Below are positions 1 through 16,591 of a stretch of 64,000 bases of DNA, in pieces. The position numbers and the translations under genes were made by a program. Origin of the DNA: Antedon mediterranea (Eukaryota > Animalia > Echinodermata); NCBI RefSeq assembly GCF_964355755.1, contig NC_092679.1:5610201-5674200 (forward strand), written 5' to 3'. How positions within the stretch are numbered: the stretch's first letter is position 1; each line of letters begins with the position of its first letter. The notes beneath the pieces are model-generated. The model was not told the origin of the DNA, did not search any database, and worked only from the letters and a program-made list of their open reading frames with translations.

Positions 1-119
1 ACATACAGTATACAGTACAGATAATAATAAATGTTATTACTATGTGTAGAATGGTTGCAACAGGGATGCATATCATATGGCTAGTTGCAATTTGTTTGCC
101 TATCCTTAGTAAATCTTAA

Positions 120-262
120 GGCCAATTTACACAGACGAGCAGTAACGGTAAACCGCCTAGCTTGTCCCACATAGAATCTGAATCTTTCCTTAGTGTGGTC
201 ACAAGGAATAACATAGATTTTATGTTATTATTACCGTTGCCGCTCGTCTTTAAATTGGTCTT
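120..262. mobile_element. Palindromic MITE, PIF/Harbinger-like
   Basis: Left end ggccaatttacacagacgagc is an imperfect inverted repeat of gctcgtctttaaattggtc; TAA/TTA-type flanks. Confidence 0.55.
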
Positions 263-869
263 TAAGGCTTGGGGCAACAGGGATGCACATGTAGATACAC
301 AGCTAGTTTAAAGGCTCACTTTAAAAGCATATTATGTGTCTAGGTCTTCTCTGCTTATGTGGAAGATTATAATTTTAATGTGAATTGGAATGGACATTAA
401 TTTAAATTGCTGAATTTTAAGTTCAGTAGATGTCAAGTTACGACATTCTAACATCGTGATCTTCATACCAATCATGTTCATAACATAGCAAAACATTTTA
501 TAAATTAAATTAGCGCCATTTAAAACGTCTTCACACATCTTAACTCGCAACTCAAGAATCAATATTACATGCTTGTTAGCATTCGAGTGGGTGAAAATAG
601 TTGAATGTTTAAGACTGTTACTTAAGCTTGTGTCCTCAGGCTAAATCCTATGTTTGTCTACTCTGGTGCTTTATAGATTACATGTTGGCTTGTACATTTT
701 TATTTCGTGCAGTAACATAGGATTTTCCCCAGGGACTTGGCTACAGTAACAGTAGATGAGAGGTTATTAATTTACTATGTTAATTTAGTCTCAAAATTCA
801 AAGGCACATTCCTAAAAGAACCAATAGTAGCTTCGTTTGAATTCAGCAAAAAATGTAAAAGCAAATAGA

Positions 870-1892
870 CAAAATATAGACAACATACAGGCAGGATACA
901 CCCAAAATACAGCTAACATATAGCCAGTATACTGAACACCTAAAAAAAACACACAGCCAGCATCAACCCAACATACATCCACCAAACATACATCTTTAAC
1001 ATACAGGCAGCATACACAGGCAACAAACAGTACACCCAGCATACATCCACCAACATACATACATCTAACATACAGCCAACATACAGTCTCCATACAGCCA
1101 ACATACACCCAGCATACATCCAGTATACACCTGAAAACATACAGATAACATACGCTAGCTAGCATACACACAACATAAAGCCAACATACACCTCAACATA
1201 CAGCCAGCATACGCCTAACATACAGCCAGCATACAGTCTCCATACAGCCAGCATACAGTCTCCATACAGCCAGCATACAGTCTCCATACAGCCAGCATAC
1301 AGTCTCCATACAGCCAGCATACAGTCTCCATACAGCCAGCATACAGTCTCCATACAGCCAGCATACAGTCTCCATACAGCCAGCATACAGTCTCCATACA
1401 GCCAGCATACAGTCTCCATACAGCCAGCATACAGTCTCCATACAGCCAGCATACAGTCTCCATACAGCCAGCATACAGTCTCCATACAGCCAGCATACAG
1501 TCTCCATACAGCCAGCATACAGTCTCCATACAGCCAGCATACAGTCTCCATACAGCCAGCATACAGTCTCCATACAGCCAGCATACGCCTAACATACAGC
1601 CAGCATACAGTCTCCATACAGCCAGCATACAGTCTCCATACAGCCAGCATACAGTCTCCATACAGCCAGCATACAGTCTCCATACAGCCAGCATACAGTC
1701 TCCATACAGCCAGCATACAGTCTCCATACAGCCAGCATACAGTCTCCATACAGCCAGCATACAGTCGCCATACAGCCAGCATACAGTCTCCATACAGCCA
1801 GCATACAGTCTCCATACAGCCAGCATACAGTCTCCATACAGCCAGCATACAGTCTCCATACAGCCAGCATACAGTCTCCATACAGCCAGCAT
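870..1892. repeat. 22-bp minisatellite (cagccagcatacagtctccata), a dimer of two related 11-mers
   Basis: About 30 near-perfect 22-bp units from ~1222 to 1892, with degenerate 11-mers over 870-1220. Accounts for the repetitive ORFs on the minus strand. Confidence 0.95.
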
Positions 1893-2390
1893 ATAAACGG
1901 AAAGATATTTTCATCATTTGTTCTATTTCATTCATTTTATCTATGACAAGAATTGAAACTGTGCAAGAATTTATTAATTGAAAGTATGCAACGCAAACTG
2001 AACATTAATTATATGATTAACTCAAATTGACACTGTAACCACTTACGATTTCAAGTCATTAATGCTGCTGACTGACAAATTAAACATTTAAATTATCGTT
2101 GTCAGATTGCTAATGTGGAAATATAACGATTTGAGAAATGCCGTCATCATTAGGAACACGTATACTGGAACACCAAATTACACAAATCAAGATTAATATT
2201 GCGTATACATTCACTGAATGCCATAATATGCAAAATAGAAAGTTCTGTAAAAGCAGAATAAATTTGAATTGTTCTGAAATATTTCCTTATTCTGAATTTT
2301 CTACAATTTTCTAAATAAAGATATTCCCTGAATTTTATTGAAAAATAATTGCAGTATCTTTCCTCGTTTTTTTTTTCTTCTATTTTTTAG

Positions 2391-6554
<4,164 letters not shown>

Positions 6555-7705
6555 ATAGACTATACATTTTTATGAGGTGTTTTCCGATCGTTATAAATTG
6601 GAGATGTTTTTCCTGTTTTTGAGCCTTAAAGATTCTTGAAATTAAGCTGGAGAGTTTAACTTATTTGAGTACGGATTTATTCATCTTAATGGTTCGAAGT
6701 CTTTAAGGAGGTTTGCTTGATTGGTGTGGTGGACAAAGGGGTACAACAGATGATAATTACATTGGAATCTGATACGAAGTTTACTTGTATAGAGGGGAAA
6801 AGGTTTGAAAGAAATAAAGTTTGGGACAAAATATGTAAAACAATTTTCAAGACTGGGAAAAAAAACACCAGAATTTTAGAATAAAATGTCATAATATTGG
6901 CAGATATGAGAGTCCAGACATTGAACAAAACTTGAAAAAAAAAACGAGTACTATGTATAAGTAGTACAAATGGGCATTGCCTTTATCTCATCTTGAAATA
7001 CCAGAAAGTGTGATCAACAAATACACATTATTTTCTTAGAGCATTTTTTTATGTTGTGTGTAATTTTCACATACATGTGTGTAATTTCCATGTATACGTG
7101 TTAAGTATCTGTGAACAAAATAATGTACAGTATCATTCTCTATGTTAACAAATTATTAGTTTATGATATTTTAAAACATGTGTTTAATATTTTTATTCAA
7201 AAATATATAAAGGAATATTTTATTTTTAAAAGTATTTGATTTTATTTATTTAAACACTTGGTATTTTGTACCACAGTTCATTCAAGTTTGTATCATGAAT
7301 TATTTAATATTTTATACTCGTACATTTATTTAAAGAATATTTTTCTTCCTTGATTTTTTGCATGTAAAACTTTTGAGTTGTTCACAAACTGATGTGTTGT
7401 ACTTTAACAAGAGTCTTGGTTAATCATGTTACAAATGTAAGAGATATATTTATCAGGGTTTAATAATCTGGTTACATCATTATTGAAGCTGTTATTTTGT
7501 CCATCTTCATTATCATGTGACAAACAACTGTTGTTTGATTCGCTAATGTCACAAACCTCAGCAAACTCATTTGTCACTAACTTCAGCAAACTGGTTTACT
7601 AAAGTTTGCCAACTGGTTTAGCAAGCTTTGAACATTCTTCTTTCCAAACTCTTGTGTTGGTTGAGTTTGCAAACTTAAGCTTTAACGTTGGTGAATTATT
7701 GAAAT

Positions 7706-7828
7706 ATCCTGGATAAATTTCTTGAAATACCCTGGATAAATTTCTTGAAATACCCTGGATAAATTTCTTGAAATACCCTGGATAAATTTCTTGTAATACC
7801 CTGGATAATTTCTAGGAATACCCTGGGC
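7706..7828. repeat. 23-bp tandem repeat (ttcttgaaataccctggataaat), about 5 copies
   Basis: Direct tandem copies visible in sequence. Confidence 0.9.
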
Positions 7829-8295
7829 AAATCAACAATGTGTGTCACAGTGCTATATTTTAAGGAACACAGACTTTTTGAAAAATTATTTGTTGGATGG
7901 TTATAAATAGAGAAAACTGACCTAATAAGAATGAAGAATATTTCTGATAAGGGAAGATACAAGATATCTCAGAGGACGTCGCAATGATGTTGTAGGTGCA
8001 GCAAAATGAAAAAAAGAAGGCTTTTAAAATGGATGGATAAGTTTACAAACAATTATCAAAGGAATGAAGAGGGAACAACCAATATGAACAAAAATGATCA
8101 CAGTCCATATTTTGGTCACCAAAATATAAGCTATGTGACAGGAAACAGGAATGATAATGAATGACTACTGTACTGTAGAAAAGGATTGTACTGCAAATCT
8201 TGTTTGTCAGAATATCAGAAAGCAAGAAGATGCCAGATGTAAAGGAACAGGAATGAATCCTAGTGAAATCCTATTAGAAATATCATTTTGTTTTA

Positions 8296-8434
8296 AATTC
8301 TGTCTACATTATCAAACTAATTTGACAAAAAAAGTGTAATGTGTCCAAATATGGTAGTGATATGACATCATCGTGTCTATATATGGGCACATCAAATTTT
8401 TTTATCATAAAGTTTGATAGTGTAGACAGAGCTT
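8296..8434. mobile_element. Family B MITE
   Basis: ctgtctacattatcaaact ... agtttgatagtgtagacagagct. Confidence 0.75.
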
Positions 8435-8719
8435 TAGTTGCAAAAAGCATGTAAGACAATTATGCGTGATAGGGCAATTTATTGAGAACTTTGACTTCAC
8501 ATTGACATTTGTTTTTAAGTATTATTATTATATATACCTTAACATAGCATTGCAATATTTTAAGAGAAAGATTTTGAGAGGATTAATCGTACTCCCGATA
8601 TGAAAATAAAAACCTTTTTAACGAGTAATGTACTGTATACTACACTCTGTTGCCTGAACAGATTACATTGGAAATTTTGTAAAACATTTGAGCAAACTTT
8701 GTGTTTGGACACTCCTTTT

Positions 8720-9115
8720 GCTCTAGTTTGTTAGTGTAGACTTCTGCAAACTTGTTTACTTTCTAGTTTTCTCTAGTTTACCAAGTGTAGACTTCTGCAA
8801 ACTTGTTTACTCTCTAGTTTGCTCTAGTTTACTAAGTGTAGACTTCTGCAAACTTGTTTACTCTCTAGTTTGCTCTCGTTTACTAAGTGTAGACTTCTGC
8901 AAACTTGTTTACTCTCTCGTTTACTAAGTGTAGACTTCTGCAAACTTGTTAACTCTCTAGTTTACTAAGTGTAGACTTCTGCAAACTTGTTTACTTTCTC
9001 GTTTACTTGTTTAGACTTCTGAAAACTTGTTAACTCTCTAGTTTACTAAGTGTAGACTTCTGCACACTTGTTTACTCTCGTTTACTAGCGTAGACTTCTG
9101 CAAACTTGTTTTCTG
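8720..9115. repeat. ~40-50-bp tandem repeat (tagtttactaagtgtagacttctgcaaacttgtttactctc), about 9 copies
   Basis: Recurring gtgtagacttctgcaaacttgtt core. Confidence 0.9.
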
Positions 9116-9821
9116 CAGTTTGCCAAAGTTTGTAACCTGGTTAGTTACACTTTTTTCTTGTCAAGTAAAGGTTTGACTAGACTTATCATGTGAAAACTGT
9201 ATTTATCTGAGCCTTGTTTTCAATGAAGGAAGAAGAAGGAAAAGTCATTTTAATACCTGTATTTAGCTGTGAACCTCTATGCAGAAATACCTTTATAATT
9301 ATGTCAATGTATTAGGATACCTTTATTTTTTTTAATAAAATTACCGATATTTTTAGCTGACTAATACCAAACAAAGCAATACCATATATGTGTACTGTTC
9401 TTCCATCAAAGTTCTCTCCACATTAAATGATTTTAATTTGGAGATTTTCTAATACGTGTTAATAAATTTCATCCTACTATAAGTTATTTTAGTCGATTAC
9501 ATAATGTTAGGTTATAACCATAAGTTGGTTGGTAATAAATTAGGTGTTTTAGAAACTTTAACCTTATTTCCCAAGATGCAAACCCCATATTTTTTGGGAA
9601 AATCAAATACGCCTGCGCACGTATTTGGAATACAGTAGTCGAGAACATTACGTTTTGTAAATAATAATTGTACTGTTCTTACATCATATAATGGTTACAC
9701 AAATGGATTGTAGGTACATGTGTAATGTATGTTTGCAAGTATGGTAGAAACAAATTGAATAATAAAAACCAGCGTTGTATTCTTTACGGGGCGCCATTTG
9801 GGGCATTGTCACCACAGCATT

Positions 9822-9961
9822 AGTTGGTTCCCAATAGGATGCAACGCAGGGACGTAAGCGAGTTGACCAATGACAAGCGGAAGTTCAAATAATCCATCCA
9901 TGTCATATTACTTGCTGCGACGTGCTTACGTCATTGCGTTGCTTCCTAGTGGGAACCAAGA
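9822..9961. mobile_element. Family A palindromic MITE (cttggttcccacta...tagtgggaaccaag)
   Basis: TIRs plus internal ccaatgacaagcg and cgcaacgc motifs shared with about 10 other copies in the window. Confidence 0.75.
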
Positions 9962-10767
9962 TTAAATGAACAAATTGCGCCCTGTAATTCTGTATTATAG
10001 TTTGTTTTCGTTGTGCTTTTTACAGCGATTTAACCAGTTGTACAAAGGTGTTTTAATGTCAAAGAATGTGACTCAATTGTGTATACTCGTGTTCCACGTC
10101 GAACATACTCTACAGGTTTTATTTGAGCGTTGTATTGTATAACCTTGTTTATTGTTTTAATCTTTAGTACATAAAATTTGCGTGAATTGATAAAAGTGTC
10201 ATGTATCTTGTTTTTTAATCAACCGCCAATCAGTGTATCCGGGTACTGTATATTCCGCGTACGCGTTCAAACATTGATAGAATGTTACGGATTTTGTACG
10301 CGCGCGTTAAAGTTTGTCTCTTTAGTGTTGTGATAATCCAATAGGCCTACTCTTTTTACAGATTGTTATCATTCGCATACCTATGGATAATGAAATCTAA
10401 TCGAAATGTATGCAACACAGTAACTTAACATTTTCGTATTATTTATTTTGATCATTTCAATCCGTATACAAAAGATTATCAAATTTGTTGATAATGCAAT
10501 GATTCTGTGTAGTACTTTCTGTGGTCAAATTGATTACTTAAACTTACTGTATTGTTATGGTGTTTAATTTATGTATTATATATGCATTATACATTATCAT
10601 CAACATCGTGATCATCAGCGTCTTCTTAATGTTATCAATATTTTCTTAGCGCCACTTATGGCTCAGCAGCACTTATTATGACATGTTATTTTAGTTGTAT
10701 TTCAATTAACACGTCATTAATATTAATATCGGACTAGCATGTGTGTACGATACTGATTGCATTCTTA

Positions 10768-10875
10768 GGCGGGACGGGATGTAAAGCTGTTGGTCCTGTG
10801 TACATCAAGTGCACGTTAAAGAAATGTGTACACTATTCGACACTAGTGTGCTGATCTGGACGCTGGCTGCCGTGG
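10768..10875 (+). mobile_element. Degenerate SINE core fragment related to 5994-6310
   Basis: gtaaagctgttggtcctgtgtacatc...gcacgttaaagaa resembles the core of the intact SINE. Confidence 0.5.
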
Positions 10876-11076
10876 GTCCATGAGTGCCTAATCCGAATTT
10901 CCTCAGTTAAGCTTGAGAACGAATAATTACATTTAACATTTAAGCGCACACATGAACTGAATCTCTAATATTACGGTATTGACGCGTGCGTTCACATCTT
11001 GATAAATCTCGCACTGCGAAACACCGTTGGATATTCTGTTACCAAACCATCAGAACAGATACGACTCCTATAACCA

Positions 11077-14000
11077 TCAGTACTTGCCATCCTGTAACGT
11101 GTAGTCCGATGTGTTGTCTAAAAAATAAACATCTTAAAAATAATAATGAGTCGAGAGTATCAGAACAGAATTGAATTGAATTGTTTTTAAACTGCCTCCA
11201 AATTTATTCGACGATTGATTCCTGATATCTCACATGATTGTCTGCCCGAGATCATCATGTATCTATTTATTTTGTATTTAATGGCTGCCCGTACTTGCCT
11301 ATATACTAAAAGGGTCTGTCTAGTAAATATATATCACTTTACCTAACGTCCTGGATCGTCTTGCGAGTGCGTTTTTATTCGGCTTCGGTCGTACGGCCGG
11401 GGCAGACATTTTTCGCCTGTTTATTTTTGCTTTGGAATAAATAAGACAACACGTTTTAATATCCAAAAATAATAGCCAAAACACAAACAAATTTGATGAC
11501 TTTTTACTGTAAAACTGAAATCAGCAACAAAAAAGAGCACCCTAGTTTTTGGAGAGAAAAAAAGAGTAATGTTTTGTAACTTACCTGCAGCTTCCTCTGC
11601 CAAATTTGGTAGAAGAGCTGCTATTCCAGTTCGAACGTCGTCACCTAGTAAAAAACGAAATAGAAATATAAATGTTATAACATGATATACTTGTATGTAG
11701 TTGCCGTATCTGCTGCGTCTCGTCGCCTTATTCTCTAATTATAAACCAAATTGTTTTATAGTCCGCTGTCTTTTTTTATCTGTTACTCAACGAATACAAT
11801 GAATTTATAAACTAACCACTTGCTTGTCTTATCGGACATGTTGGTAGAATCCCGTCAACTGCTGGTGGTGGTGGTGGTGGCGCTGGTGGTAGGTCAGCTT
11901 GATCTAGATACAAAATTACAGTTTTAAATACTGAGTTGATAATCATAATGTGTATGTGTAGGCCTCATTGTGTTAATAATATACACTGCAGGAGGAGGAT
12001 AACGGGTCCCCGATTCTAAAATGCGCCTTGAGCGACGTATTTGCGTCTTGACCGACCTAATGCGCCTTGAACGACATAAGTGCGTTTTGAACTGCGCATG
12101 TGTGTCTTTGACGCGGTAATTGCCTCTCAAACGTCGTAAATGCGTCTTCACGACGTAATTGCGCCTTGGTCGACGTAATTGTGTCTTGAATGACGTAAAT
12201 GATAATAAATAATAATGAACAAACCTAAGCAGCTAGACTTTCGTCTAATTGCAGCCGATCTCCAATCATCCACACGTCCTCCTGAAACAGTTAACCAAAA
12301 CGAAAGTGCATCATTATCAACATGAGGTCATTATCAACATGAGATCATTATCAACATGAGGTCATTATCAACATGAGGTCATTATTGACAAAGGTGTATT
12401 CTCATGACGTGTATATATCGTTTTATGACTGTGATTTACATACCTCTTATAGGTGAACGTGCAGTCCTATTCTGCGTAGATCGATTGGATGCTGAAAATT
12501 TAAAAAATTGTAGCTTGTTATCCATCATGAAGGGTAATTATTTTGACGTAGGCTATAGATACCCGCCCGATGGGCTATTAAACTTGGTTCCTCCCACTAG
12601 GACGCAACACGAGGATGTAAGCTCAATGCAAGTGAGCTGACCAATCACGACGCGATGGATGCTAACTCATCGCGCCGTGATTGGTCAAATTTCTTGTGTT
12701 GCGTCCTAGTGGGAAAACCAAGCTTCAGGCATATTATTTTTACCCGCGCGGCGTTCAATCGTTTTTGTTAGGCGTGCTTTTTAATTGTGTCTACTGTACC
12801 TTGGTTGGCAACTTCTGCTGCTAACATTCCCACGGACTTCCGTCGTGTTTGTTCTTTAAAAAGAGATGAAAAGTGTTTATTTAAAAAAAAACATATTTAA
12901 ACTGTTAAATTCCCTACACCAAACTACTGACTTTGTTCAATGAAGACATAACCCATGACTACACACTACATACTGTCTGTTATGACTTATTATAAATCTA
13001 AATGTTACACCAAACATTAAAACTTTAGGTTAGTAATCTTTCTGTGAATAATACTGTAGCACGAAGTTACTATGCCGCAGCCTCGCAGACCATTGTCACA
13101 AATATTTAGTAGTAATAAGTGCATGGCATATGTTTAATATTATGCTGGTTCGTGCATGATGGAAAACACGTGTATACGCTTCATTTTCTTTCATTCATCA
13201 TAAAGCTTGGTTCCCACTAGAACGTAACGCAAGGACGTAAACGCAACGCAAGCGTTTTAACCCATGACAAGCGAAGTTATAGACAGTTAGCAATCACCAG
13301 CGAATAAGTCATCGCTTGGGATTGGTCAATACACTTGCGTTGCGTTACGTCCTTGCGTTGCGTCGCTAGTGGTAACCACGCTTAAGCGTGCGTACTAGTA
13401 AGACTTTCTTGTGCAAAGTTTTTGAGATTACGGTGCTTTATAGTTTGTTAAAACGATCAACTAATATTGTTAGTACAACACAGGGTAAAAAACAAATACA
13501 CGTAAACTAGACTCTGTCAAGGTAATATACATACGCGGAACCGAGGGTGTACCTTTAGGGCGCCATGTTGTGACGACGGTAGGGCAGGTTTCTGAAATAA
13601 AATCGGTATTTCTTGAAGAGATGATTACAATAGAATACAACATATTTATATTTTATTTTATTAATTAATTAATTAGTTTCGTTAACTGTTTAATCCATTA
13701 GTTTGTCTTAACAACCGGTCGTTCGTTTGTCCTATCCTGTCGTTCATTTGCCCGATCCGGTCGTTCGTTTTTCCTCTCCGGTCTTTACTCAATCTGTCAA
13801 TATTGTTTCAATACATTCATTGTTAATTTGTTTATTAAATCAATTCCTTCCTTCTACTAACCTGGGCTGATCGAACAAGTAGGGGTTTCATAAACACTAG
13901 TAATTCTTGATTTTGTATTTTTCGGCACTGAAATAAAAATGGCCAATCAGTATCGTCAATACAATTATACATATATTCAACAATAATTATTAGTACACAA

Positions 14001-16300
14001 CATTAGTAGCCTACACTTCCAACAACAATATTATTTCATTAATGCCAAATAGGGCCTACTATCATCATACTGTGTGAAAATACAATTAAACAATCAATCA
14101 TTTTGAAATTTTAATTTCCTAATTTATATTATAGTCATTATCACAAATCACTATGTCGTCAGCAGCATCGTCCCATATTTTTTATAATTCCCATTTAATC
14201 ATCACCAATTTTCACCCCTTCGTGAATAATTGTTATTTAATTATATTTACGAGTGTCAGGTCGTGTACGTGGACGCACAGATTCCATACAGGCGTAATCT
14301 TCTACATGAAAACAAAATCAAGAAATACTGTATCAAGACTTATCATTAGTGACGTCACGAAAGGAACACAAAGTTGACGCGCGCTTAATTTATTCATCAA
14401 CACTTGAACGCGCTCGTCCAATTCGTTGTGTCACTGAATGGTATACAGTAACTGAATTGTTTAAAATAAATCGCAAAATGCTCCACACCTTATGTAATTA
14501 TTTACCTATAATATTAGAATGTGTTTTTTCAACCGGATCGTTTTTTACAGTACATGTATTGTTCACATTTAGCCCCCTACCACAATGTGTTTTTTCAACC
14601 AAATCGATTGGTTTCATTTCATGATATAATAATAATTATTATTCATTTCATGTTAGGCGGCCTAGAAGAAGTTTAAATATTTGACAACTAAGTTTATATT
14701 GGATTTATTATACATTTTGGTATTTTATATCCTTTTATTTTATAATCATATTTGGCAGAAGTTAGAATAGCCTATATACAAAATAATACAAATCGTTTAC
14801 CCTCTTTGGGTGGTTTTTGAACCGGTTGTTGATGTCCAACCATCACCATATAAGGACCTTTAAAAAAAGAATATGAAACAAAAACTTTTTAAAAAAAGAG
14901 ATGCAATTAGAGGTTAATGGCGGATCACCAACCTGGTATATGTTACTATACTATAGGCCTAAGATTAATCTGCAAACTATATTCTGTGACGTAAAGTAAG
15001 CGCTCCAAATAGTGAGTTGACCAATCACAAGCGATTACTTGGTGAGCTCTTTACATCTTTGTGAAGAGGCGCTAGTATATGTTTTATCTAGATTTCCTTG
15101 GTTCTATCGTATTTACTATAATACGTCATAATATTATGAATATGAAAGATAGCTTTTAATATATTGAAGAACACCGGTTGAACAGTATGCATTGTTCCAC
15201 TCACTTTCATATACAACTTCATCATTAATTGGTATTTTATCGGTGGTTTTGCTAAACTCGGTTGATGGCACGTTGACATATCCTAAAAGAAATCAACAAC
15301 AATAGACGTACTTTAGTGAGAACATGGAACTATATTATATTACAGTTCCATGGTGAGAAGGGTGCTGGAAGTTAGTGATGATGGTAATGATGACATCACA
15401 ATTAAGAAGATGTTCAAAACGATGACACAGATACATAACAACTGTAAAGTAACTGTAACTTTTTGAGTTAACCTAAGCCCATCTAATTATATCGGTATGC
15501 ACGTCCAAGCTTCATAACAAAGGCAAAATAGCCGCACCACCGATGAACAAATCTTATATAAATATTATCCAAATCGTTGTGTTTAATTGAATCACACGAC
15601 TGGACTATCGAGTGTTGCTTTTTTGACATATCATAGGCCTATAATATTCAATGAATCATTTAGAATTGTGTCCCGATTTCGCTTTGAAATTTATCAATTA
15701 GATTAGCAAGAAGCAACATGACCTTATTAATTAAACTCGTTTTTAGGCCTACTTCTTTTGTGTACCAGAGTGGAAATAATATAGGCCTATGCAATAAGAC
15801 TACAAGAGCCTCTATTCAAGGGACACCCCTGTGCCTAATTTCCACGTTCTTGATTTTAAATAGGCCTATCTAATTTTATGTAATTTTATAGATTGTATGA
15901 TTTGCTACAATATTATTTATGTGTTGTAATAAAAACCAAGTAGGGTATACCAACCATTATTATTTAAGGTTGTCCTCTTTACGTCGAATAACAATGCTTC
16001 TATTATACTACAGGTAGATTCCTTGTATCTTTTGACGATATTACTAAGAAGAAAATTACTCTGCATTGTATCAATATCACCGTCACATAGTTCTATCGTT
16101 TTCCGGCATGAGGGACAAGGTATGCCTAGCACCTTCGATATTTTCACTCCCTTCCTGGATCCGTTCGCTTTATTCTGGCGTTCTTGCAAAGCGTTGAAGA
16201 TGGAACGGAGGCATTTCCGACAAAAACTGTGTGCGCACGGTAAAAGTACGGGATCATCATAAAACTCAAAACAACACGGACATGTTAATTCATTGTCCAT
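11077..16300 (-). CDS. RING-HC (TRIM-type RING) protein with microexon-encoded Tyr/Pro-rich disordered tail, ~362 aa
   Basis: Exon 1 16300-15955 (MDNELTCPCCFEFYDDPVLLPCAHSFCRKC...CPSCR...NFLLSNIV). Then AG/GT-bounded phase-1 exons 15282-15205, 14857-14801, 14301-14251, 13927-13862, 13591-13535, 12853-12800, 12491-12444, 12281-12225, 11903-11817, 11644-11585, 11429-11343, all 3n in length and open in the same phase. Then 11117-11077 (TGA). The 3' end is uncertain: possible GC donor at 11087 and a last exon 10380-10322. Confidence 0.7.
12015..12200. repeat. ~20-bp degenerate tandem repeat (tgcgtcttgaccgacgtaat-like), about 9 copies
   Basis: Recurring tgcg(c/t)cttga motif in an intron of the RING gene. 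Confidence 0.75.
12311..12386. repeat. 17-bp tandem repeat (tcattatcaacatgagg), about 4 copies
   Basis: Direct tandem copies. Confidence 0.85.
12581..12724. mobile_element. Family A MITE
   Basis: cttggttcctcccactaggacgcaac ... gttgcgtcctagtgggaaaaccaagct. Confidence 0.75.
13204..13382. mobile_element. Family A MITE, full length, TAA target-site duplication (PIF/Harbinger-like)
   Basis: TAA|agcttggttcccactag ... ctagtggtaaccacgct|TAA. Confidence 0.85.
15323..15352. mobile_element. 30-bp hairpin insertion with 7-bp TSD (putative P-element-type excision footprint)
   Basis: gtgagaa|catggaact...agttccatg|gtgagaa. Confidence 0.6.
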
Positions 16301-16591
16301 TTTCTCACTACATTTGCCAGGCCAAAACTTCGAGACACCTACCTCTATTTCTATTTCTGTCAAAGCAGCTTTATTATTTAAATTGACTTATCTGTGTATG
16401 CTGTATTATGAAGCTAGTGTGAAACGAGTAACGCATTGGTGACATAATACAATATTATATTGTTTATGGATAAACATTGTACAGCAAGGCGGAAGAACTT
16501 TAAAGGAAATTATCTGATATATTATCATCAGCGTGAATACCAGCTTCAACGCGTACATGAACCGCCTCGGAGACGGGGATTCTAGAGGAGT

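Noticed and set aside
812-1935. Long Cys/Trp/Met-rich ORFs on the minus strand
   Set aside because: Translations of the 11/22-bp minisatellite; the same peptide appears in all three frames.
8720-9115. CRISPR-like regularly spaced repeat
   Set aside because: Spacers are not unique, no cas genes, eukaryotic context; an ordinary tandem repeat.
13716-13790. Extra exon of the RING gene
   Set aside because: A 21-bp triple repeat; the nearest acceptor gives an immediate stop in phase 1.
16301-16363. N-terminal extension of the RING ORF from TTG
   Set aside because: Non-ATG start from the ORF caller; ATG at 16300 has good context (aaaATGG) just before the RING.
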